In this document: in pieces, positions 38,845-49,840 of the stretch | Layout: every line of letters starts with the position of its first letter | Numbering within the stretch: position 1 is the first letter of the stretch | NCBI GenBank assembly: GCA_964016885.1 | Contig: OZ024740.1 | Coordinates: 220,596,001-220,660,000, forward strand | DNA length: 64,000 nucleotides | DNA from: Eledone cirrhosa | Taxonomy: Eukaryota | Direction of reading: 5' to 3' | Position numbers and translations under genes: made by a program | Notes under the pieces: generated by a model | The model's database searches: none | The model's input: the letters and a program-made list of their open reading frames with translations, nothing else | What the model was told of the DNA's origin: nothing

Positions 38845-39325
38845 ATATGTAAAAGGTAAACAGAAATAACAACACAATCGGTACAGTATATGGAAGGAAT
38901 ATATTAGGTTAACGCTTGAAATAGCAGGCAGAGGGTCTTAACGTTTCGGACGCTAATCCTTCATCAGAAGAAAGAATGAGAAATTAGAAAGATTGAAGGG
39001 ACGGGCAGGCAGAATAGGAAAAAATGTTTTGAGAGAAAAATAACAAGTCCATTCATGTTGACATCTCTTGGTTGAGAGTGGAAAGGAGCTGACAGAAAAG
39101 ATTTGAGATTGGGCATGATGAAGGTACTGGGGTGAGAGAAATAGACGAGTGAGAAGAAGAGTATAGTGGAGGAAAAGTGATAGAGTTATGGTATATTTAA
39201 ATAATGCAAGCAAAGAAAATATCAGTGATACGAAAAGATTTCCTGGTGGAAGTTCAGGTAAACTCTGGGTGTAGATCCAGTTTCTGAGTGAAAATCCAAC
39301 GAATTTGATATGTCCACGTAAGTGT
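38845..39325 (-). mobile_element. Penelope-like element 3'/pLTR remnant
   Basis: Contains the CTGATGAAG...CCGAAACGTT motif typical of Penelope termini and sits between (TA)n tracts; no clear protein match. Confidence 0.55.
38936..38971 (-). ncRNA. Minimal type I hammerhead ribozyme motif
   Basis: Minus strand: UCUU-CUGAUGA-A-GGA uuagcg UCC-GAAA-CG-U-U-AAGA; 4-bp stem I, 3-bp stem II, palindromic ACGU stem III. Confidence 0.65.
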
Positions 39326-39386
39326 TTATATATATATATATATATATATACGATATTAAACAAATGGAAACTATATTTATAAAACC

Positions 39387-39463
39387 ATATTTATTTCATT
39401 ATACATATTTCAGGGATACCATATTAGAAATATGGCATGCCTTCTTCAGATAAAATACAATAT
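39387..39463 (-). ncRNA. Type I hammerhead ribozyme motif (exact mirror copy)
   Basis: Reverse complement of 39535-39611, in the left arm of the inverted repeat. Confidence 0.75.
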
Positions 39464-39534
39464 ATAAGCAACTTTTTTAAATGGAAGTTGAACAATATTT
39501 ATGCTACGTCAAATTTATTTATAAAACTGCTTAT

Positions 39535-39611
39535 ATATTGTATTTTATCTGAAGAAGGCATGCCATATTTCTAATATGGTATCCCTGAAATATGTATAAT
39601 GAAATAAATAT
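39535..39611 (+). ncRNA. Type I hammerhead ribozyme motif
   Basis: CUGAAGA 39549-39555; stem II 39556-39586 (13 of 14 pairs); GAAA 39587-39590; 3-bp stem III; AUA triplet 39596-39598; stem I 39541-39548 with 39599-39606, extending past a bulge. Confidence 0.75.
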
Positions 39612-39777
39612 GGTTTTATAAATATAGTTTCCATTTGTTTTATATCGTATATCTACTCCAAAACTTGTTGAGTGCTTTATATCAGTTATAAAATATTTAT
39701 TCGTTGTAACCCAACAATTTTAAATAAAACTTTTGTATATATATATATATATATATATATATGTTAAAGGTAAACAG

Positions 39778-39871
<94 letters not shown>

Positions 39872-39873
<2 letters not shown>

Positions 39874-40110
39874 TTGTCAGGTCAAGAGTGCTTAAACTGT
39901 ACAGTCATATCAAAAGATCAACTCATTATGCCTAGAAGGAAAGTTGGTTGGTAAGAGAAGCAGAGGCCAGCAGCCAAAACGATGGCTTGATAATGTCAAC
40001 TTATGGATTGGACTTGACCTTTGCTCTGTAAACTCTGCTGTTGGTGATCAAACTTTGTTGAGAAAAATATCTCATGTTGATGCGCAGTCTGCAACTGGTG
40101 GAGTTTAGCA
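39872..40110 (+). mobile_element. RTE-type LINE extreme 3' fragment
   Basis: [22 protein letters not shown], resembling the RTE GRP..RW terminus. Confidence 0.55.
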
Positions 40111-40373
40111 CCTGGAGATAGAGATATTTCTATTTACTGTTTACACACAGACATATATATATATATATATATATATATCGAGAGAGAGAGAATCTGCAGT
40201 GCTGAGGCCGGGGAGACCACTAATTGTGGAAGTACTCAATGCATGGAGAGATGCTTGTGTGTTGAGCAAGCCTTTTCAAGAGTACTCCCTTGCAAGGGCT
40301 TGCCAAATACAAGCTGAAACCGCTTGGTGATGCGCTCAATATTTTACCTATCTCTCTCTCTCACTCTCTCTCA

Positions 40374-40407
<34 letters not shown>

Positions 40408-40413
40408 TATAAG

Positions 40414-40547
40414 TACAGAAGCAGTTGTTTGCAATATGACAAGAGCCAACTTGAAATATTCTATTCAGTTTATGAATTATTTGGCTTTGATATTATCTTA
40501 GATGAGTTTTTGAAGCCATGGCCGTTGGAAATGAACATTTCACCGAG
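40414..40547 (+). pseudogene. TTLL4: Orphan TTLL4-like (tubulin polyglutamylase) exon with a 1-nt frameshift
   Basis: AG 40412-40413, GT 40548-40549; reads (S)TEAVVCNMTRANLK-fs-FYSVYELFGFDIILDEFLKPWPLEMNISP, matching the TTLL ELFGFD.LD..LKPW.LEVN.SPS catalytic motif; 134 nt instead of 135; paralog assignment tentative. Confidence 0.75.
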
Positions 40548-40904
40548 GTAATTTTTCATTTTCATTTAGATATATTTTAAACTAACTAATTTTTTTATTA
40601 AAGCATCTTGTGCAAGGATAAAAATCACCCAGTTTTCACCCTCTAAAAGGATGGATGTCCACCCTGTAGGTGCTTGTGCTGTTGCCAGGATGAAATGCTC
40701 CAAGTACACATTGTAAAATAGTTGGCATTAGAAGGTCATTCAGCTGTAGAAATCATGCCAAACAAGAAATATATGGGCTAAACTTGGTCACCTGGCTAGT
40801 CAAGTCTCAAAACGTAAAACAGAAGAAGAGTCATGCAGTGTGCAGGTGAGGAGAATGTGCTGGTATGGACATGTGATGCATATGAAGGCACCCTGCCCCA
40901 AGTC

Positions 40905-41340
40905 CCCAGCCCAGACTGTGAAATAGTTGGGATGGTGACAGTACCTAGCTCACACTGTAAAGTGGTTGTGTAGGTGTCACGACAAAAAGCACCAAGCCCA
41001 CACTGGACAGTGGTTGTGTAGGTGACACAACAAAAAACACCCAGCCCATACTTTAAAGTGTTATGTAGGTGACATATCAGTAAATGGCCAGCCCACACTG
41101 TAATGTGGTTGTGTAGGTGACACAACAAAAAACACCCAGCCCACTGTAAAGTGGCCGTGTAGGTGTCACGATAAAAAGGGCCCTGCCCACACTAATGTGG
41201 TCATGTAGGTGACATGACAAAAAACACTTGGCCCACACTGTAAAGTTGTCATGTAAGTGTAACGAGAAAAAGCGCCCAGCCCACAATGTAAAGTGGTCAT
41301 GTAGGCGTCACAACAAAAGGCACCCAGTACACACTGTAAA
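40905..41340 (+). repeat. About 47-bp minisatellite (about 10 units) in an RTE-type 3' UTR
   Basis: Unit like taggtgacacaacaaaaaacacccagcccacactgtaaagtggttgtg, followed by the same tail. Confidence 0.9.
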
Positions 41341-43449
41341 TGTGGTTGGTGTTAGGAAGGGCATCCAGCCATAGAAACCAAACCCAAACCAGTCCTGTGT
41401 GAGCAAGTCATGGTCATAGGACCTGGCTTTTCTCACAATGGGGTAACCCATGCTAGCATGGAAAATGGACATTAAATGATGATAATGATGATATATATAA
41501 TAACTATGCACATATGACAGGCTTCATACAGCTTCTATCTACCAAACTTAGAAGGCATCGATTTGTTTGAGGCTATAGTAAAAGGCATGTTTCAGTTGTC
41601 ACCCCAAAGCATATAGCTATGCCTGCAAAAATATAAACTACATTTTATTTGCCTTCAGTTCTCCATAATATGATTCTATTTATTTATACTTATTATATTG
41701 CAGCATGACTGAATGGTTAAAAAGTTCACTTCATAAAATCTTTGGCAAGTGTCATTTACCATAGCCTCAGATTGATCCAAACCATAGAAATAAATTTGGG
41801 TGGATGGAAACTGTTTGGAAGCCCATCAAATAGACTGTACTTATAATTTAAAGGGACTGCCTTATCACATACTTTATCATGCTGAATCTCCCTGAGAATT
41901 ATGTTAAAAGTATGCGTCTGGAAGTCTCAGTCACTTGCATATTAATTTCACATGCAGGCTATTCCGTTCTACTGATTTTAAATAATGCTGATATGGTAAA
42001 TTATATAACTAATTGTGAGTATCTTATACATGTGTCTGTGGAAGTCTCAGTCACTTACTAGAAGAAAAATTGTCATAATACTCAAATTGGTTACATATAT
42101 TTGAGAATAGCTCATAACCACAGGCAATGAATTGGCAGAATTGTTAGAGCATAGGACAAAATACGTTGTGGTATTTGTTCTGGCTTTCTGCATTCTGAGT
42201 TCAAATCTCACTGTTGACAACTTTACCTTTCATTCTTTTGGGGTTGATAAAATGAAAAGTACCAGTCCATAGTTGTAGATTGGTGGAATTATTAGTGCAT
42301 TCCATCAGATGCTTTGCAGCATTTGTTCGAGCTCTTTGTGTTCTGAGTTCAGATTCCACTGCGACTTAATCTGTCACCCAATTAACACCACTACCACCAC
42401 ATGGATCTTCTTTGCTTTTAGCAGAGTCCTCTCTACTGCAAGCATTCAAGCCAGGTTTCTAGTTGTGTGCCCCCACCCCTGTCTCAATGTCCCTAAAAAG
42501 GGTCATGGGTAAATAAAGTCACCCAATTTAACACCACCACCACTTTTCTTGCTTTTAGCAGAATCCTCTCTGCTGCAAGCATTGAAGCCAGGTTTCTGGC
42601 TGTGCCTGGAAAGGGTCATGGGTAAATAAAATCCTCAATATTATCAATAAAAGTAAAGTAAATATATATTGATTGGTGAAAATATGTATGGAAAAAAAAT
42701 TGATGTATTTTGAATATAAACCACCAATTCTCTGGCTGGTACATCAACACCCTATGGACTTTGTCAGCTGTGATATTCTGCTCCTAATTGAAACAGCTCA
42801 ACAGCTATTACAGCAGAACAAGGTCTTCAGTTTTTAATTGCTTGAATTCAATTCTCTGTTGTAAATGTATTCTTAATCTATACAAGACCTTGCTACATTC
42901 AGTAGTTCTACAGATTACACTATTATCTGTATTCTGTTATTCTATTATTTCTTTCAGTCACTGGAAACTGTGATCATGCTAAAGCACCATATTGAAGGGT
43001 TTGTGGTCAATCATATTCCGATATTTATTTCAATTATCTTTTTTCTTTTTTGTCCCATAACTCCTGAATGAGTCGTAGGAGCGCTGTATTGACATATGGC
43101 GTTTCTATGGCATTTTTTGTTAAACATGGCAGAAACCATCTCCTCTCCAGGTCTGAATACAGCAGATTTCTTCCAGAGAAGGATAGAGAGTGAGAAAGAG
43201 ATATGGAGGAAGAATCAACCCTAGTACTAGACTGGTACCTTTTTTATGGACCTTGAATGGACGAAAGGCAAAGTTGACCTCGGTAAGATTTGAATTCAGT
43301 GAGCAGAGAGTCGAAATGAATACTGCAAAGCAGTATATCCGACATTCTAATGACTGCCAATTCACTACCATTATTTCACTTAGTCTCAACCAATATTAGA
43401 TAGTGACACTACTGTCATTGGTATGGAGGTTATACATCATTAGAACATG

Positions 43450-43980
43450 TGGCAGTTTGTAAGTAATCGCTTACAGAGTATGCTTGCTAATCCAATATAG
43501 CAATAATGCAGCAGCATAAATGCAAGAAAATTCAATGCAAGTTTGCACAATGTTGTCTTCTGCAGAGAGGGTGAGAAAGGATAATGCAGGAAGGTAAACA
43601 AAAGAAAGCTAATCCCCTGACTTTTGGAAGATTTGAAGAATGCACTTGTATTCCTGAGTCATATTGCTATAACAATGCAACATCCTGACCTTATAGCATG
43701 GTCAGATTTGATAAAGAAATCCTGATTGTTGAGCTAACAGTGCCTTGGGAAGGTAATATGGAGTATGTGCCTGAAAGAAAGAAACTAAAATTTGAAGGAC
43801 TTAAAGAATCATAAGAGAGTCAAAGATGGCAGTGTACCTTGCTTCCAGTATAGGGAGGATGTTGTAAATACATAGTTTGACCTATTATGTTCTACCTGGT
43901 TGGTATTGAATTTAGAAAGGGCTGGAGAGAGAAGCTGGAAATTGTGAATAAGGCAGAAGTATTTGAAAGAAGGATCAATG
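43450..43980 (+). mobile_element. Hero/R2-like non-LTR fragment (restriction-like endonuclease)
   Basis: PDL..W....LIVELTVPWE......ERK..K motif at about 43680-43800. Confidence 0.6.
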
Positions 43981-43999
43981 ATCATTTGAGAAAAAAATC

Positions 44000-44840
44000 A
44001 ATGCTGAGAGCATAGAATAGAACTTTAGCGAGGCGTAAGCATAATTCCAAAATGATTAGAGTGGTTACAGCAGCACTATAAGTTGATGTAGAGGCTGCGT
44101 GGATAACAAAAGGAGAAAGTGTGCTACAAAGTGGGCCACAACAACTTGTACATTCCATGGTAGTGTCAGTGTTGCTTGGTACCACTGGAGAGAATGTTGA
44201 TAGGAGGAGGTGGTGATATTAAGATCTCCAGCCAACATCTGATGAAAGAGATGTCCTACAGTGCAAGCTGGATGTAGAATATTGAATAATATATAGCACT
44301 GAGTGGTTAAGATACGTTTTTGTGCAGCACTGATTTTAACTGGTAGCACTGCCAAACACATAAATATTGGCATACACACTAATGTGCATGATGGCTGCAA
44401 CTCGATTTCAAGTAATGGCATCCTATACTTAAGCATGAGCATCACGGACGTGGCCTTTTAGTCCTGTTGGGGACTTGCTTATGGCCAGCAATACCATGCA
44501 TCGCAAATAATGTCACAAATCAAGCAATGCCTGTGCTTGAAGCTTTTTTAAAGTGAAGAATGGCTTTGCACAGAGCCAATCCCACTCTCTGGACATCGAA
44601 TGCATTTGTCCAAAAAGAAGATCTGGTCTACATCATTGGATGCAAACGATGTCGCAGGTTTTATATCAGAGTGACCTAGAGAGATGTCTTAATGAAGGCA
44701 AAGAGTCTCTTGCTCCACGAAAAAAAATTTTATTGGAAGGCCTTTGACATTACAACCTGTGCATGGTCTGGTTGTCGGCGACTAAACTGGCAACCCGACT
44801 AAGCTTGCTTGGTGAGAAGGGTGAATTTGGACACCCTGCG
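44000..44840 (-). mobile_element. Decayed RTE-type 5' UTR/endonuclease fragment
   Basis: GC-richer UTR-like end and weak APE-like translation; low certainty. Confidence 0.35.
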
Positions 44841-45239
44841 AGATGTGTGTATATATGTGTGTGTGTATATACATTGATCATCATCGTCACCATTGTTTAA
44901 TGTCCATGTTTCCATGGGTTAGATGGATCAACCATGTCTTGAGACAAGTCAGGCCAGTTGGCTACGCCGTGCCTTGCTGTATTTTGGCTGCGATTTATGC
45001 CCTTCCTAACATCAACCATGTTTACAGTGTGGAACTGGATGGCACTGTTATGCATGCATAAATACATAAAATACACACATATACATAGGACAGGAACTTA
45101 TGGGTGTTAACAGCCATTTAATTGTATGTATTTCTATATATGTATGTACATGTTTATGTAAATACACTCGAGAGAATGATACTTTTACTTGAAACCTACT
45201 TACTGCTACATTATAATTTAGTGCATGAAACATAAGTCC

Positions 45240-48200
45240 AAGTCAAGCTCTTAAGCACCTTCTGATGTACATGAAGTGTATATAGGGGTGAAGATTAACC
45301 TCACAGAGGCTGGTCACCAGAACAATTAAAGTGCTCAAATGTGGCAAAGTCTCTGGGGAGGATGAAATTCATCTTGAGATATTAAAACTCATGAATTGTG
45401 GCTGTTTCATGTATGCCAGGTGGTCTGGATCTCTGGAAGGGCACTAAGCAATGGCAATTGGGAGTAATTATCCCAATTTTCAAAAGTGGGAACAAGAAAT
45501 TCCTCTAATTATAGAAGAATCTCCTTGTCTTTGGCAGGTCTTCTGGAAATTTTGGAAATATTGCAAAGTGGTGTATGTTTTGTGGACAAAAAGCATGTGC
45601 TCACATTCCACAGATCTTGTTGTGGAAGGTTTTGTAGGAATACAGGGTCAACGGATAGCTTTTCATTGCTTTGAAATCCTTGTATGAATGCCCTAGTATT
45701 TGCATTTGGATAAATGGTGCTAAGTCAAAGCCATTCAATGTGGGTATCTGCCAAGAGCATTTATTGTTACTTCTGTTCATAATCTTTTTGAATAGGATTA
45801 ACATATGCAGCCAGACTAGTGGTGATATTAAAACAAGTAGGTGTAAGATCAGTCAACTGACTTCTTCAGACGATGTCGTGTTATTCAATTTGTTGGAAGC
45901 TGATCTACAACATGCACCAGATAGATTTACTTCATGACAGGAATGAAAATCAGTGCTTCGAAGACTGAGACACTCATCCTCTTGAGAAAGCTTGTGCAAT
46001 GCACCTTGCGTGTGAGTGGAGTTCCATTGAAGCAAGTGGAGAAGTTCAGGTATCTCAGGGCCATTTTCATGATTGATGGAAAGCAGGAGGCTGAATTAAA
46101 AGCAAGAATATTGGACGAGTTTCGGCACTCAGTTATCAGAAGCAGGGAGGTAAATGTAAAAGCCAAACTTGCTATCTTCAATTCAGTATTCGTGCCTACC
46201 TTTACTCAAGGTAATAAACCTTGAGTAATCACTGAAAGAATATCATCTTCCACGCTAGCATGGGTTAGATGGGAGTTGTGCTACTTGAGGCAAGGTTGGT
46301 CGGGTGACCGTGTCTCGCTCGTATAGGAATATCTGGCAGGCTTTCTACGGCTGGATGCCCTTCCTAACACCAACCACATTTACAGTGTGGAAGTGGGAAC
46401 TTTTTACCATGTTACCTACACGACCACATTACAGCGTGGACTGTGAGTATTTTTTTTTTTTTTTTTTTTTGTCGTGACACCTACACAATCTCGATCTCAT
46501 TATCTCATTTATTTGGACTGGATGTTGTGTTACCAACTTTACAGAGAGAAGTGGTGCTGGTGGGAGTGGGAGGATAGGGTAGGGGTAGTAGATTGGGGTG
46601 TATATTTGGATAGGAGGTGCCTACTGACTAGGTTTCGCTTTGTACATAGGCAAGGCGGGTCTTCTGTATTACTACGTAGTGCCAAAGATCTCGGTCCAGT
46701 GACATTGTCTTAGAGAAGTGCAAGTGTGTAAGGTCGGAATTTATCAGATCGTCCCAGGTTTTTCTGGGTCTACCTACTCCGTAACTACCATCAATTTTGA
46801 TCGCCCTGCACTTTTTTATGCAGCTGTCGTCTTTCATGCGCATCACATGACCATACCAATGTAGTCTTCTCTCAAGTAAACAGCATCTGATCCCTCTTAT
46901 TCCTAATTTCTCACTTAGTTCATTTATGCTTTGCCGTTCACGTATATTACTACTACACATCCAACGGAGCATTCATGCTTCGTTCCTTTCCAGTCTGCAT
47001 AGGTCCTCTGCACGCAATGCCCATGTCTCACTGACATGTAGCATTGCTGTTCGTATGCAGGCATCATACAATCTGCCTTTCATTTTTAGAGAGAAACCTT
47101 TTGTGGCCAACAGCGGTATAAGCTCTCTGAACTTTTTCCATCCCGTTCTGACTCTAGCTACTGTACTTTCAGAACACCCTCCACCACTGCTGATATCGTC
47201 ACCCAGGTAACGGAAAGTGTCTACTATTTCTATAGAACCATCTGGGCAATAGAAGGAGCTAGTATCCTGTGGACACTTGCTACTTATTGCACCTAAGCAT
47301 TGACCACATATAAAGTCTACGTTCTTAGATAGTTTACCTGTGATCCCACTACATCTTTTATGTACCCATATTTTGCATTTGGGACTTAAAATAGAATTTC
47401 TGCCTACTCCTTTCCTACACACTGAGCATGGCCATTTCCCTGAAGGCACCTGTGCTCTATTTTCCTTTCTACAAACTAGAACTTTAGTCTTAGACAAGTT
47501 AACTTTAAGGCCTTTTGATTCTAGGCTATGTTTCCATGTTTGGAATTTCTTCTCTAGTTCAGCCATTGATTCAGCTATGAGCGTTAGATCATCTGCGTAT
47601 AGGAGTTCCCACGGGCAGCTGGTCTTGAACTCCTCTGTTATAGCCTGAAGGGTAATAATAAATAGGAGGGGGCTAAGGACTGAGCCTTGATGAACGCCAA
47701 CTTTTACACTAAATTCTTCACAATATTCATTGTTAATTCTAACCTTACTGACTGTTTCATTATACATAGCTTGTATCGCTCTCACAAGCCATTCACCTAC
47801 ACCTAGTTTTCTAAGAGCCCACCAGATAATGGAGCGGGGGACTCTGTCAAAGGCTTTCTCCAAGTCAACAAAAGCTAAGTAGAGGGGTTTACTTTTAGCT
47901 AGGTACTTCTCCTGTAGTTGTCGTACAAGGAAAAGAGTGTCTGTGGTACTTTTACCTGACACAAACCCAAACTGCATTTAATCTAGATCAATTCGCTCTC
48001 TGATTAGTTGCGCTATAACTCTTTCTGTCACCTTCATGACCTGGTCAACTAACTTAATGCCTCTATAGTTTCCCCTATCTAGAGCATCCCCTTTACCCTT
48101 GTAGCAGTTAATGATGATTGTGAATATAACCAGCTTAAATAGGGTTCCTCTGAAGGGTCTCTGGAGTAAAGTTACTTGATAGGGTATGTAGCTCGGAAAT

Positions 48201-48510
48201 CAAAGAGTCATTCAGGTAGAGCTGCTACTTCTCCGCATCAATAAATCACACCTCTGGTATTATGGACATTTGGTTAGAATGTCTAAGGACAAAATTGCAG
48301 GCAAGGCTAACTGGCAGGAGACCCAGGGGTAGACCACAAAGAATGTGGTTGGATAACATTCATAAGCTTGGCTGGTCTTGTTTGGGAATCCAGCAGGATC
48401 ATTTGGAGATGGTTCTTTCTCATAGAACCCTCTAGAAAGTTTGTCTGCCTCCACAATCCTTTCAAGAATAAGTAGGTGAAGAAGATGATGAAGATGAAGA
48501 AGAAGAGATC
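45240..48510 (+). mobile_element. RTE family 2 element interrupted by a family 1 insertion (46243-48118)
   Basis: RT motifs 45300-46240 continue collinearly at about 48115-48480; (GAA/GAT)n tail at 48478-48508. Confidence 0.8.
46243..48118 (-). mobile_element. RTE family 1 LINE, 5'-truncated; RT ORFs 46973-47977 and 46628-46972
   Basis: QFGF..GKSTTD, AFVDLEKAFDRV, LLYADD, FRYLG; very similar to 97-1900. Confidence 0.93.
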
Positions 48511-48660
48511 TAGACAAAGTAAATAAGGCAAATGTGATCAAAATATCTTTTATTTTATTTATAATAATTTTCGGATTGCAATCTCAACCAAGGACAGTAA
48601 AATACTAAAAACAGCACTGAACCTCAGAGAGTTAAGAGATATGGTTAAAACTAGAAAATA

Positions 48661-48843
48661 ATTGTTTCCACTTTAGGCACAAGGCCAGTAAATACCCAGT
48701 ACATTACTGGTACTTTATTTTATCGACCCTGTAAGGATGAAAGGCAAAGTTAACCTCGGCGGGATTTGAACTCAGACTGTAAAGGGACGTAATTATGCTA
48801 AAAAGCATGGCGTCCAACCCTCTACCGATACTGCCAATTCACC
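48661..48843 (-). mobile_element. tRNA-headed SINE in the UROC1 3' UTR with 13-bp TSD
   Basis: A box tggcagtatcgg, B box gagttcaaatcc, ctttgcctttcatcct...gtcgataaaataaagtacc body; AAACTAGAAAATA at 48648-48660 and 48844-48856. Confidence 0.85.
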
Positions 48844-48861
48844 AAACTAGAAAATATTGGT

Positions 48862-49008
48862 TTATGCTATGGCTTTTAGTACATTTTCAATCATAAAATC
48901 ATTTTCAATGCTGTATGGTATTGTTACTTGAAGATTTGTGTTGTCCTTCATGGTCAGTTTAATTGTCTCTTGAGCCTTCAGATTACCAGCCCAACTGCGC
49001 CGAGCAAC
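48862..49008 (-). CDS. UROC1: Urocanate hydratase, terminal coding exon
   Basis: Acceptor at 49009-49010; VARRSWAGNLKAQETIKLTMKDNTNLQVTIPYSIENDFMIENVLKAIA-stop, matching the UROC1 C-terminal VARR.W.GN..A...VTLP pattern. Confidence 0.92.
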   Translation of the reverse strand, partial: VARRSWAGNLKAQETIKLTMKDNTNLQVTIPYSIENDFMIENVLKAIA

Positions 49009-49840
49009 CTATAAGATAAAAAAAATGTTTCTATCTTAGACTATATTTATTAAAAGATATATATAAAAAATTTCATTTGAAACTCTTTCATATTCTAGAC
49101 TAATGTTTCCCAAAATGGATTTGGTAAAAATAAATCTCTTATTCAGTGAGTTAAGGTGCTTTTTAACCATTTTGTGAACACATTTCTAACGGTATCCAGC
49201 TGAAGAAAATTTGCCAAACAAAGAATCAGGAGGACCCTCCAGTCATGTCAATACATGGCAGCCTCTCTAGTGTTTGGTGATCTACATGATAAATGCACTC
49301 AGTACATGCTGTAAAGTTGTTGGTGATAGGAAGGGCACCCAACCATAGAAAGCTTGCCAAACAGTGTTGGGAGAACCCTCAGTTGTGTCAAAGACATGAC
49401 AACCTCCACTGCGCACTAAGGAAAATGTGAGATTGTACATAAGTGAGGCAACAGTTCTCTGATCTATCTGGGAGATCAGTAGTCACCGTTTCAGTACTGA
49501 CTTGGTCTATGTATACCTGTCCAACCCTTGTTAGCTGGGAAAGTGGACGTTAAAACGACTATGATGATGATGATGATGATGATATATATTAAAGCAGTAT
49601 TTTTTAAAACTCACTATCATTTTTACATCCACTTTCCATGTTGACATGGGTTGGATGGGTTATTATGGACAAGCTAATCATGGTTCAAGTCAGTTTTTAT
49701 TCAAAGTTACTGGTCATCATAGATGTGTCAGACGACCATATCTTACTTTTTATGTTCCATTTATTGGCATGGTTCCTATGGTTGGATGGCTCTACTACCT
49801 CCAATCACTTTACAGAGTGCATTGAAACAGAAAAAAATAA

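Larger units (their letters stand above)
39346..39652. repeat. 125-bp inverted repeat with 57-bp spacer
   Basis: Arms 39346-39470 and 39528-39652 differ at one position. Confidence 0.95.

Noticed and set aside
39733-39954. ORFs made of YI, CV or SL runs
   Set aside because: Translations of (TA)n, (TG)n and (TC)n microsatellites
48926-48927. Splice donor within the last UROC1 exon
   Set aside because: Read-through gives the expected VTIP...stop C-terminus, so the GT is coding
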